Assembly: GCA_016215705.1 (NCBI GenBank)
Contig: JACRIR010000135.1
Location: 3,733 to 67,732, forward strand
Length of the DNA: 64,000 nucleotides
Direction: 5' to 3'
Origin: Candidatus Poribacteria bacterium
GTDB lineage: Bacteria > Abyssobacteria > SURF-5
Part shown: positions 17,268 through 26,298 of the stretch, piece by piece
Numbering within the stretch: the stretch's first letter is position 1
How the letters are laid out: every line of letters starts with the position of its first letter
Notes under the pieces: generated by a model
The model's input: only the letters and a program-made list of their open reading frames with translations
The model's database searches: none
Told to the model about the DNA's origin: nothing
Program-made: the position numbers and the translations under genes

Positions 17268-19031
17268 ATGAAGAAGCTTTTCTTGGGAAGCCTGCTCGCG
17301 CTCATGTTGGCCCTCGTGCATCCGCTTGGTTATCTTAAGGCCGAATACGAGTCTTCGCGCGTCCCGTCCGTCGAAACCTCGGTTGCGAAGGGCTTCAAAT
17401 CTTCCAAAATGTCTCAGGAACAGAGTCTGATCATGGGCGCGATGAAGCGCGAGCTTGATCGCTCCATGGCAAAGTTATCTCTCGACGACTATCCGTCACC
17501 CTATTTCATCAGCTACCTTATTAGAGACAAACGAGAGGTTTCTGTGACTGCAAGATATGGAGCGATCTTTTCATTCAGCGACAGTAAGTATCGTCCCAGT
17601 CATATAGAGGTGCGCGTCGGCACCCACGAGCTCGACAATTCCGACAAACCTTCATCCGCCTGGCGGCTGGATCATGGATTTCCGGTCGACAATGACGCAG
17701 CCGTGATAGAGAACAGGCTATGGATTCTTACTGATCTTCTTTACAAGAAGGCCCTGGCGGAATATATGAACAAGAAGGGGAAGCGGGCGTTCAAGGCAGA
17801 TGAAAAAGTGAAGGTCAACGATTTTTCTTTTGAGGACAAACAAGACTTCGTCGGAGCCAAGGCAAGCCTTGCTTTTGACAAAGAACACTGGTTTGGAGTT
17901 CTTCGGCGCGTCTCGGAAGTGTTCCTGAAACACCCCGAACTTGTGTACTCCCAGATTGAATTTGACGCAACCGAGGATACGAAATATCTCGTAAACAGCG
18001 AGGGCACTACGGTCGTCGAAGGAAACACTTACTATGCAATCGAGGTATGGGCCGGCGCATGGTCGGAAGATGGGATGCCGCTGGCTCATTCGGTGCGCTA
18101 CTCATGTCGAGACGCCGGGGAGCTTCCTTCCGAAACCAAAATGAAGAGTGACATCGACGAGATGATATCGGAGCTGAAGCTGTTACGGCAGACCGAAGAA
18201 ATAAAGCCTTGCACTGTGCCTGCGATCTTTGATCCTGAAATGAGTTCGGTTCTCTTCCACGAAGCAATGGGACACCGCCTCGAAGGGGATCGGCAACGGG
18301 AAGACAAGGAAGGGCATACGTTCAAGAACAAAGTCGGCGAGAAAGTGCTGCCTGAATTCTTGACGCTTATAGATAATCCGACTTTGCCGGAATACGCAAA
18401 TACGACGCTCTTCGGCCACTATCTGTATGACGATCAGGGGGTTCCCGGGCAGAAGACCATCCTGGTGGAAGATGGAGTTCTCAAGAACTATTTAATGTCA
18501 AGGAGGCCGATAGAGAATTTCGATAATTCCAATGGACACGGCAGGGTTTGCGCGAAATCAGGTATTGGAGCGTCTCTTTCGGCGAGGATGGCAAATCTGC
18601 AAGTCCACTCGAAGAATGAACTATCCAGAACCGATCTGGAGCAAAGGCTTATCGACGAATGCAAGAAACGCGGGCTTGATTGCGGTCTGATATTCGTGGG
18701 AACATTGGGCGGACATACGAACACGGACACATATAATTATCAGGCGTTTCTTGGGAAACCGAAGCTTGTATACAAATTGAACGTCAGCGACGGCACACGT
18801 GAGCTCGTAAGAGGCGTTAACATAGTAGGCACGCCGTTGAACACTTTGGAGAAAGTCATCGCAACAGGAAACGACTATGCCGTCTACAATGGCTATTGCG
18901 GGGCGGAATCCGGTATGGTCCCGGTGAGCGGGATTGCTCCGAGCATCCTCTTGAGCGAAATCGAAATTCAGCGGATTCCGGATGAGAAGTCGAGGCCGCC
19001 AATTCTTCTGCCTCCGGCGTTTGACCGCTGA
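17268..19031 (+). CDS. TldD/PmbA-family metallopeptidase with N-terminal signal peptide
   Basis: HEAMGHRLEGD matches the TldD HExxxH zinc motif. N-terminus MKKLFLGSLLALMLALVHPLGYLKA looks like a signal peptide. GGGAGGA RBS. Confidence 0.8.
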   Translation: MKKLFLGSLLALMLALVHPLGYLKAEYESSRVPSVETSVAKGFKSSKMSQEQSLIMGAMKRELDRSMAKLSLDDYPSPYFISYLIRDKREVSVTARYGAIFSFSDSKYRPSHIEVRVGTHELDNSDKPSSAWRLDHGFPVDNDAAVIENRLWILTDLLYKKALAEYMNKKGKRAFKADEKVKVNDFSFEDKQDFVGAKASLAFDKEHWFGVLRRVSEVFLKHPELVYSQIEFDATEDTKYLVNSEGTTVVEGNTYYAIEVWAGAWSEDGMPLAHSVRYSCRDAGELPSETKMKSDIDEMISELKLLRQTEEIKPCTVPAIFDPEMSSVLFHEAMGHRLEGDRQREDKEGHTFKNKVGEKVLPEFLTLIDNPTLPEYANTTLFGHYLYDDQGVPGQKTILVEDGVLKNYLMSRRPIENFDNSNGHGRVCAKSGIGASLSARMANLQVHSKNELSRTDLEQRLIDECKKRGLDCGLIFVGTLGGHTNTDTYNYQAFLGKPKLVYKLNVSDGTRELVRGVNIVGTPLNTLEKVIATGNDYAVYNGYCGAESGMVPVSGIAPSILLSEIEIQRIPDEKSRPPILLPPAFDR

Positions 19032-19155
19032 ACCGGGCCAGGTAATCCTAACGAGAATGACACTGAGGAGTATGTGTTTGCGGCCTTACCGTGCACAGGC
19101 TCTGATCTCTCTGTGCAGGAATTAGCTTGTTGTGGAAAGTAGGAGTTTCAAGAGA

Positions 19156-20532
19156 ATGAAACATGTTCGGAATGTGTTGTTTGTGATCCTCTTATTGGTA
19201 CTTTTGTCAACTTCGGCCCTTGCCCAGCAAGAGAAAACGCGCATCGGCGTCTGGAATTTCGATGCGGGAGAATTGATCCCGCTTGATGCGAACGTTGCAT
19301 TGTCGGATGTGCTGAGGTCGGAGCTTTTTCTCACCGGCAAATTCGCAGTGATCGAGCGCAGTGACATGGACCGCACTTTGCAGCAGCGGCGCTTTCAGCA
19401 GGCGGAATGTGTATCCACCGAATGCGTTGTTGAGGCAGGCCGGATTCTCGGTGTTGAGAAAATGGTTAGCGGAACCATTGGCAAGGTCGGGGTCACGTAT
19501 ACGATCAATCTGCGGCTTATCGATGTCGGGACGGGCAATGTCGAGAGAATGGCAAAAGAGACTTGCCGGTGCGAAATAGACGACTTGATATACGTGGTCG
19601 GCGCGGCGGCGAAGGCTCTCGCCGAATCTGAAACCAGAGCGGAGCGGCAAGCTCGCATCGAGCGTGAAAGAATCGCTAAAGAGGAAGAGGAGAAGAAGAA
19701 GGCAGCGGAGAAGAAGGCGCGTGAATTTACGGCGGAAGGCATGATATTGATTCCGGCGGGCAAGTTTCTCATGGGCAGTCCTGAAGATGAAGGGGCTGAT
19801 GTCGAACATCCGCAACACACGATATACCTGGATGCTTTCTACATTGACAAATACGAGGTCACAAACGCGCAGTTCAAGGAATTCGTGGAAGCTGCGCATT
19901 ATGTAACCCAAGCCGAGAGAGACGGCTGGGGCAAAGTGTGGACGGGCAAGGGATGGCCAAAAGAAAAGGGCGCAAATTGGAAGCATCCGTATGGCCTGGA
20001 AAGCAGCATAGAGGATATCATGGACCACCCGGTGGTACAAGTGAGCTGGAACGACGCGAACGCATACGCCCGATGGATCGGCAAAAGACTGCCGACCGAG
20101 GCAGAGTGGGAGAAGGCCGCGCGTGGAGCAGATGGCAGGAAATTTCCATGGGGCAATGCGGCGCCGGACGGCAGCAGGTGCAACTTTGCGGACAAGAATA
20201 CTGATTTCGAGTGGAGTTACAAGGGGGCAAATGACAAATACAAGTACACTGCGCCCGTTGGAGCGTACGAAGCCGGCAAGAGCCCATACGGCGTGTATGA
20301 CATGGCGGGAAATGTGTGGGAGTGGTGTTCTGACTGGTACGACAAGGACTACTACATCAAGAGTCCGACAAGTAATCCCGCTGGTCCATCATATGGAACT
20401 GCCCACCCTACTCGCGGCGGCGCTTGGAGTGTTAACGTGGACAACCTGCGGGCGGCGAACCGTTACTACTCCGCCGAGGCCGATTTCAGGGTCAACTACC
20501 TGGGGTTCCGGCTTGCGCACGATGCGGAGTAG
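19156..20532 (+). CDS. signal-anchored LpoB/TolB-N-like domain, charged linker and FGE-fold (SUMF1/EgtB/PvdO family) domain protein
   Basis: Start at MKHVRNVLFVILLLVLL with AGGAG 10 nt upstream. N-domain contains GTIGKVGVTYTINLRLIDVGTGNV. Linker is KEEEEKKKAAEKKARE. FGE-fold motifs are YIDKYEVTNAQFKEFV, VSWNDANAYARW, PTEAEWEKAARG, MAGNVWEW and RGGAW. Confidence 0.85.
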   Translation: MKHVRNVLFVILLLVLLSTSALAQQEKTRIGVWNFDAGELIPLDANVALSDVLRSELFLTGKFAVIERSDMDRTLQQRRFQQAECVSTECVVEAGRILGVEKMVSGTIGKVGVTYTINLRLIDVGTGNVERMAKETCRCEIDDLIYVVGAAAKALAESETRAERQARIERERIAKEEEEKKKAAEKKAREFTAEGMILIPAGKFLMGSPEDEGADVEHPQHTIYLDAFYIDKYEVTNAQFKEFVEAAHYVTQAERDGWGKVWTGKGWPKEKGANWKHPYGLESSIEDIMDHPVVQVSWNDANAYARWIGKRLPTEAEWEKAARGADGRKFPWGNAAPDGSRCNFADKNTDFEWSYKGANDKYKYTAPVGAYEAGKSPYGVYDMAGNVWEWCSDWYDKDYYIKSPTSNPAGPSYGTAHPTRGGAWSVNVDNLRAANRYYSAEADFRVNYLGFRLAHDAE

Positions 20533-20771
20533 CTCGAATTGAGCCAGGAATGTACAGGGACCCGAGGCGCAACGGGCGCAAAGGAAGAAGACCCTGATCA
20601 CGAATGGCGCGATTGGCTTTATTGGTGTGGATTCCCACCCCCGATCAGAGCTTGTCCCCAACTTGATTGGGGATCGAGGGCAGGCTTTTCGCGGGAATGA
20701 CGGATTGTGATGGCTCTCCTCGGTGCGTAAGAACTCTTGAAGCCGTGCATATTTCACGCAGGATAGGCGGA

Positions 20772-22925
20772 ATGAAATCAAACGTGAAGGCCCCGGTTCT
20801 CTCTCTTGCTCCTCTTGACTTGCTCCTCGTCGATATTCTCCGTTTTGCTCCCCGTGTCCACCGTGGTTTGGTTTCTCTCTTTCGTGTCTTCGTTCCTTTG
20901 TGGTTACTGTCCCTTCCTTTCTCGTGTTTCATATTTCCGCAGGAGGGGCTCGCTGCCGGAGACACGGGCAATGGGTCTTCGCGCCTTGTCGCGCAAGCCC
21001 AGCAGTTGAGAGATACTTCAACAATTGTAATCACGGAAGGAATCGGATTCGATGAGTTTGCTGTCGGCGATCCGCGATGCACCAAGGAGTTCATAAAGGA
21101 GCGGCTGGGTCCGCCTGAAAGAGAAACAAAGGATGCGCTCTCCTATTCCGGCAAGCATGGGTTAACCTTTGTCATGGCGTCCGACGCAGACTTGCCCATA
21201 GAAATTCGCTTGACCGATGGATTCAAAGGGAAACTGAGGTCGGGCATCACGATGTTCTCTTCGCAGAAGGACATATTCAAGGTTTACGGTGAGCCGACCT
21301 CTGTAGAACATGTGGATGATTTCCCCGTTTATCGCGGCGACAGGACATTGTACGTGAAGGGGAACGACAACCAGATAGGTTATTTATACCTGGGACTGCG
21401 GTTCGTATTTGCCGGAGACCGAATACGCGAGATAAACATTGTCAGGAAAACAAAACCTGACGCCTCACAGGAATCTCCGCCGGTCTCACATCAACCGCAG
21501 CCCGTTACGGAATACCGGGGGACAATAGATACATCGACGATTGTTGTCGAAGAGGGACGCGGATTCGACCAGTTCGTTGTGGGCGACCCTCAGTGTACGA
21601 AACAGTTCATAAAGTCCAGATTCGGGCGGCCAGCCGAAGAGACTGATCATTGGTTGAATTACAAGCCTCAATACGGGCTTGATTTCCTTACGACTGCCGA
21701 CAAGGACATGCTCATCGAAATCCGCTTGAATCCGGGGTTCAGAGGAAAGCTCGGTTCGAATGTCTCAATGGACTCTCTCATGAATGACGTGTTTCAAATC
21801 TATGGGGGCCCGGTGGCGGAGCAAAGTGTCGATGACTTGGGTCCTCATTTTGAGAACAGGACATTATTCAAGAGGGGAACGTTTAGTAAAATATTCTACA
21901 ATGAATACGGAATGTTATTCTGGTTTAACGGAAATAGAATAAATCAGATAGTCATTCATAGAAAACCGCCAGGTTCTCCCGCGCCGCCTCGCCCAGTTGT
22001 GGCATCGCCTGGGGCGCCGCAACCGCTCGACATTCAGATTGACCGCCGCTATCCTCGGTGGGGACCGCTGGTGCGCATCGAAAAGCTTTGGGAGTACGTG
22101 AAGATGCTTTGGATTTACTGGTACTATACACTGGCAATTTTAGCGCTTCTTCTCCTTCTCCTGAAAGACATCATCTTGAGGCTTTATTACCGCTGGCGTC
22201 CGCTTCCCGATGGGCGTCTGCTCAGTATCACTAACCCGACCGGTGAGCAGTCGACCAACATTAACCTCTGGCTCGAGGCACGACGGTTGAAGAAGAGACA
22301 TCTCTTGATAGGTTCCGGCGCAGGCGTCGACATCCGCCTGCGGCACAAGTCCGTGGACTACCATCATGCGCTGATATCGGCGTACAGGACCGAGGGCGGC
22401 AACGTCACATATATCGAGCAGATGGGAGACGGACAGGTGATCGTCAATGGCGCGCACGGCGAAATCATGCCGCTCGGCCAGAAGGCCGACGTGCAGATCG
22501 GCGAATTTCGGTTCCAGTACGAGAGACCAACCGAATACCGGCAAGTGCAGGCACGGTACAAAGACGGCAGGACGGACGAGGGAGTGCCTGCCACATGGGA
22601 TATCAATGCCGCCGGCTTTGTGCTCATTCCGAGCGACGCGCTCTCATGGAATGAGGCGAAGTTCATTCGCTTCAACAGACTAAAGGGCGTGTATTTCATG
22701 TGCGATTGGGATGAAGACATTCGAAGGGAACTCTTGAAGAGCGGCGACGAGATGCGCAAGCATCCGGCTACGATCGACTTTACGGATGGCCAAACGCTGC
22801 CCGGCTACATGATCGGGTACAACGATGAGAAGAACCAGCGATTCTATTTTTTCCCCGAGGATCAGTCCGGCGACACCGTCTACATTCTCCTCGAGCGCAG
22901 CAGCGTCAAAGCCGTCAAGCAATAG
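20772..22925 (+). CDS. transmembrane FHA-domain protein with duplicated exo-domain and duplicated C-terminal beta module
   Basis: Two ~150-aa repeats sit 172 aa apart (DTSTIVITEGIGFDEFAVGDPRCTKEFIKERLG and DTSTIVVEEGRGFDQFVVGDPQCTKQFIKSRFG). TM helix is LWIYWYYTLAILALLLLLL. FHA-like core is LLIGSGAGVDIRLRHKSVDYHHALI...VIVNG...VQIGEFRFQY. Start is uncertain (ATG 20772 chosen). Confidence 0.8.
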   Translation: MKSNVKAPVLSLAPLDLLLVDILRFAPRVHRGLVSLFRVFVPLWLLSLPFSCFIFPQEGLAAGDTGNGSSRLVAQAQQLRDTSTIVITEGIGFDEFAVGDPRCTKEFIKERLGPPERETKDALSYSGKHGLTFVMASDADLPIEIRLTDGFKGKLRSGITMFSSQKDIFKVYGEPTSVEHVDDFPVYRGDRTLYVKGNDNQIGYLYLGLRFVFAGDRIREINIVRKTKPDASQESPPVSHQPQPVTEYRGTIDTSTIVVEEGRGFDQFVVGDPQCTKQFIKSRFGRPAEETDHWLNYKPQYGLDFLTTADKDMLIEIRLNPGFRGKLGSNVSMDSLMNDVFQIYGGPVAEQSVDDLGPHFENRTLFKRGTFSKIFYNEYGMLFWFNGNRINQIVIHRKPPGSPAPPRPVVASPGAPQPLDIQIDRRYPRWGPLVRIEKLWEYVKMLWIYWYYTLAILALLLLLLKDIILRLYYRWRPLPDGRLLSITNPTGEQSTNINLWLEARRLKKRHLLIGSGAGVDIRLRHKSVDYHHALISAYRTEGGNVTYIEQMGDGQVIVNGAHGEIMPLGQKADVQIGEFRFQYERPTEYRQVQARYKDGRTDEGVPATWDINAAGFVLIPSDALSWNEAKFIRFNRLKGVYFMCDWDEDIRRELLKSGDEMRKHPATIDFTDGQTLPGYMIGYNDEKNQRFYFFPEDQSGDTVYILLERSSVKAVKQ

Positions 22926-23077
22926 GCGAAAGGGGGCCGCGCAGGGCGCGGGGTTCATGGTTTATGGTTGGAGGTTGGAGAGAGGAAGCAAAAGGAAAGC
23001 TACGGAGCAGAAATGGCTTTTCCTCGTGCTCTCCCTGCTTCCCGTCGTTGAAGATAATTGGAGTTCGTTCGGCTTGG

Positions 23078-24157
23078 TTATTGCATGTCTTTTACGCAGC
23101 GGAATCCGATGTCGGCGCTGCTTCCAACAGGTCTGAAATACATTCTGCGAGAGGTTCTCGCTCCGTCGGCGCTATAGAACCATGAGCCGCCGCGGATGAC
23201 CTTGAACTCACCGGTCTCGGGGCCTGTAGGGCCCGTGGGAGGGCTGACCTTGTAGTAGTCTTTGCCCCACCAATCGAAGCACCACTCCCACACATTGCCG
23301 GCCATGTCCTCGACTGCGTAGACGCTTCTGCCGCCGGCAAAGCTGCCCACCGGGGCGGCCTTCTTCTGGTTGTCGCTGAGGGACGCATTGCTCCACATGA
23401 GGCCGGCGCTGCTATCGGCCACATTTGCCAGCGCTATGGTGGGCTCGGCGTTTCCCCACGGATACACCCGGCCGTCGGTTCCTCGCGCCGCTTTTTCCCA
23501 TTCAGACTCGGTAGGCAGTCGCTTTCCGGCCCACAGGGCATATGCGTTTGCATCATTCCAACTTACGCAGGCCACGGGATAGTTGGACATGTTATCTGCA
23601 TTCGAGTCGGCGCCGTAAGGATGTTTCCATGTGGGCAAGGAGGCGTTTGAGGAGGCAGCCATTTCGGCGTCAGTGATGTAGCCGGTGGCATCCACGAACT
23701 TCTTGAACTGCTCGTTTGTAACTTCATATTTGTCGATGTAGAACCCGCGAAGACATACACCGTGAACGGGCGACTCATCTGGCTGCCCCGCTTCGGGCGT
23801 ATTCCCCATGGTGAACGGGCCTGCTGCCACGTACACCATGCCCTCGGGAGCGGCCGCCATGCGCGCCTGAATCACTTGTGGCGCATCGACGGCGCACTGG
23901 CCGGTGGAAGGAGGAGGCGCCGGGGGAGCTGCAAGCGGCTCGGTTCTGACGGGAGCGGACGGCGCTTGCGTCGCCATCTCGCGACGTTTAGATTCGGCTT
24001 CTTTCGCGATCTTTGTTTGTTCGGTAGTCTGTTGCTCTTCTTCGCTCTTTCGTTCTTTATCAATGGATCTCTGGTAGAAGAGACCACCGATGACCAAGAG
24101 GACGATGACTACCGCGATCGCGATAACCGTGGACTGCTTGCCTTGTTTTTCTTCCAT
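23078..24157 (-). CDS. membrane-anchored FGE-fold (SUMF1/EgtB/PvdO family) protein, paralogue of 19156..20532
   Basis: GAGGGG RBS. TM anchor is VIAIAVVIVLLVIGGLFY, followed by a charged linker and a Pro-rich stretch. It shares the motifs of the other copy (FYIDKYEVTNEQFKKFV, VSWNDANAYALW, PTESEWEKAARG, MAGNVWEW, RGGSW, GFRC). Confidence 0.85.
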   Translation of the reverse strand: MEEKQGKQSTVIAIAVVIVLLVIGGLFYQRSIDKERKSEEEQQTTEQTKIAKEAESKRREMATQAPSAPVRTEPLAAPPAPPPSTGQCAVDAPQVIQARMAAAPEGMVYVAAGPFTMGNTPEAGQPDESPVHGVCLRGFYIDKYEVTNEQFKKFVDATGYITDAEMAASSNASLPTWKHPYGADSNADNMSNYPVACVSWNDANAYALWAGKRLPTESEWEKAARGTDGRVYPWGNAEPTIALANVADSSAGLMWSNASLSDNQKKAAPVGSFAGGRSVYAVEDMAGNVWEWCFDWWGKDYYKVSPPTGPTGPETGEFKVIRGGSWFYSADGARTSRRMYFRPVGSSADIGFRCVKDMQ

Positions 24158-24261
24158 GGTCGAATCCCCTCAAAGTTTACCCGGACCCCCAGTGCAACTG
24201 TACTATCTATACTATCCGCAAAAATGCGGAATTGCAAGTGAGAGCGCTCGTAAGGGTCAAA

Positions 24262-24555
24262 TCAATTTGGAGAGAGGAACTGTCCCGTAATTCCGCAGAC
24301 GCGAATTCGCAGGAGCAAGGCGAAAATGGGGCGCAAACAGAATCTCCGGATGATCGCGAAATCCACGTGGGCGCGGAATAAGTACAGCTTGAAAGCGTTG
24401 TTCAGCAAGTGCACGATCGCCACCATTAGAACCGCGAGTTTCACGTCATAGAAGATTGCGAACACCGGGGTCAGTGCGGTGCCGAGTCCGAAGCCTGTGA
24501 GAAGAGTCAGCACGGCCACGGGAAGCGTTACGGCAACGGTGACAATCGTCTCCAT
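24262..24555 (-). pseudogene. TSUP (TauE/SafE) family permease, N-terminal fragment only
   Basis: The 97 aa (LLTGFGLGTALTPVFAIFYDVKLAVLMVAIVHLLNNAFKLYLFRAHVD) resemble the first ~3 TM of an ~8-TM permease. The ORF ends at a TGA 104 nt before the next gene, and no other frame continues as membrane protein. Confidence 0.45.
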
Positions 24556-24576
24556 AAGGTATTTTATCTCCTCGCT

Positions 24577-24885
24577 TCATTGTGCCTTTTCCTCAAGCAC
24601 TTCTTCAACCAGTTCCCGGATTTTTTCTTTGGCCTGTTCGAGGGCCCGCTTGCCTTTGGGCGTTGCGGCGTAATACTTGCGTATTTTGCCGCGAACAATC
24701 TCTCTCTCACAGGAAAGAAGTCGCTCGCGCTCCATCCGGTGAAGCAAAGGATAGAGCATGCCCGGGCTCAGGCGATATCCGTGCCGCCGCAGTTCTTTGA
24801 GCAAGGCGACCCCGTAGACTCGTTCCTTCGAGGCATGATAGAGCACATGGACTCGCACGGACCCTCGCAGGAATTCTTTTATCAT
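24577..24885 (-). CDS. PadR-family transcriptional regulator
   Basis: 102 aa with a winged HTH typical of PadR (YGVALLKELRRHGYRLSPGMLYPLLHRMERERLL...KIRKYYAATPKG). Confidence 0.9.
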   Translation of the reverse strand: MIKEFLRGSVRVHVLYHASKERVYGVALLKELRRHGYRLSPGMLYPLLHRMERERLLSCEREIVRGKIRKYYAATPKGKRALEQAKEKIRELVEEVLEEKAQ

Positions 24886-24936
24886 CTTCTTGCTTGCCTT
24901 TCTTGAATAGATATCTGAGTCCGATATCGTAAACTG

Positions 24937-24965
24937 ATATTACCATAGCATTGACATTATGGCAA
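24937..24965 (-). promoter_or_regulatory. sigma70-like promoter for padR (TTGCCA-N17-TGG-TAATAT)
   Basis: The minus strand reads TTGCCA (24965-24960), a 17-nt spacer ending in TGG, then TAATAT (24942-24937). Three GATATY direct repeats at 13-nt spacing (24910, 24923, 24936) overlap or follow the -10. Confidence 0.5.
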
Positions 24966-25045
24966 GCAGATTCCTTATGCCGGTCACGGGGTTCCGACGG
25001 AGGAGTCGATGTTTCCGACAAGGTTCGACTTGCGCTCGCAAGGCC

Positions 25046-26221
25046 TCAATACCTGCAGTGTTCCTGAAACGTTTCCCACATGGCGCGAAGGTTCTCGGGA
25101 GGAACGTCCGCCTGAACGTTATGAACTGCGGTGAACACGAAGCCACCGCCCGGCGCCAGGTCCTCGATCCTGTGTTTGACTTCATCTTTGACCTGGGCCG
25201 GTGATCCGTGGGGAAGAACGTCCTGAGTATCGATTCCGCCTCCCCAGAACGAGAGCTCTTTCCCGAACTCCCTTTTCAGGTCCTTTGTATCCATTCGCGC
25301 CGCGCTCACCTGAATCGGATTGAGGGCGTCGATTCCGGTTTCGATAAGGTGGGGAATTATGGCGCGTATGCTTCCGCAAGAATGCAAGAGTACTTTCACT
25401 TCGGTCTTCGCTGTTTTCTTGATATGTGAGAAAAGTTTGGTGTGGCGCGGTTTTAGGAGTTTGCGGTACAATTCCGGCGAGAACATCGGGCCGTTTTGTG
25501 TGCCGAGGTCATCACTGTGCAAGCAGACATCGATGTTTCCGCCAACTGTTTCGAGCACCCTTTCCCACAATTGCATCTGGAATCCGTTAATGCGATCAAA
25601 CAGGTCTTCCATGAGTGCAGGATTCAGCATCATGTCTACGAGAGTGTCTTCAATACCGTGCAGCAGGAGGGCCATATCGAATAGTCCGAGGCCGTACAGA
25701 CTGAATACGACGGCGCAGCCCGTGTCGCGAAGTCGCTGAGCTTCCTCGCGGAGTCCCATAAATCTGCCGGCCTGTGCCGGGTCGGGCCACGGGAAGGCGG
25801 CCAGTCGCTGAGGAGTGAGGTCCCCCTTGAGCGGATGATCTACCGGGTCCATGTAGAGGCTTGAGGGGGGCTTTGCCCATTTGATGCCCCACTCGTCATG
25901 GACCACCATAGTTTCGTCCTCGAATTCGACTTTTGCTTCCGGTTCAGAGGGCAACTGGACGAGCGCTCCGCGCACGTCCACGCCGAGATGTCTGAGGATA
26001 TTTTCGGGAATCTGCTTGAAGCCGCCAGCCTCCACATAGAAATTGTACAATGTATCGTCGGGCGTTTCTGCCAGCCCCATCAATTGGATCAATCTATCAT
26101 ACGCCTGAACCGTGATCCCAGTTTCGATTGAACTTCCGATGTCGAAGGGGATTTGGTCAGGCGCTCGGTGGTTGAGCGTGTCGAGCACTCTTTGTCTGGA
26201 TGTAAAGGGGGTGACGTTCAT
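25046..26221 (-). CDS. uroporphyrinogen decarboxylase (URO-D) family protein (MtaA/CmuA-like)
   Basis: 391 aa. The C-terminal half (HSDDLGTQNGPMFSPELYRKLLKP...LLHSCGSIRAIIPHLIETGIDALNPIQ...) is typical of the URO-D/methyltransferase TIM-barrel family. Substrate cannot be assigned. Confidence 0.8.
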   Translation of the reverse strand: MNVTPFTSRQRVLDTLNHRAPDQIPFDIGSSIETGITVQAYDRLIQLMGLAETPDDTLYNFYVEAGGFKQIPENILRHLGVDVRGALVQLPSEPEAKVEFEDETMVVHDEWGIKWAKPPSSLYMDPVDHPLKGDLTPQRLAAFPWPDPAQAGRFMGLREEAQRLRDTGCAVVFSLYGLGLFDMALLLHGIEDTLVDMMLNPALMEDLFDRINGFQMQLWERVLETVGGNIDVCLHSDDLGTQNGPMFSPELYRKLLKPRHTKLFSHIKKTAKTEVKVLLHSCGSIRAIIPHLIETGIDALNPIQVSAARMDTKDLKREFGKELSFWGGGIDTQDVLPHGSPAQVKDEVKHRIEDLAPGGGFVFTAVHNVQADVPPENLRAMWETFQEHCRY

Positions 26222-26298
26222 TTCTTCCTCCCGACAGGTTGTACTGAGCAGATTGAAGCCTCACAGCGCGGCATAGCCGCAGCCAAACAGCACATATC

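Noticed and set aside
25000-25045. GGTTCGA-containing segment checked as a possible tRNA T-arm (the whole window was scanned for tRNA-like T-loops)
   Set aside because: Flanking bases cannot form a T-stem or acceptor stem. No tRNA, rRNA, tmRNA or RNase P-like sequence could be supported anywhere in the window.
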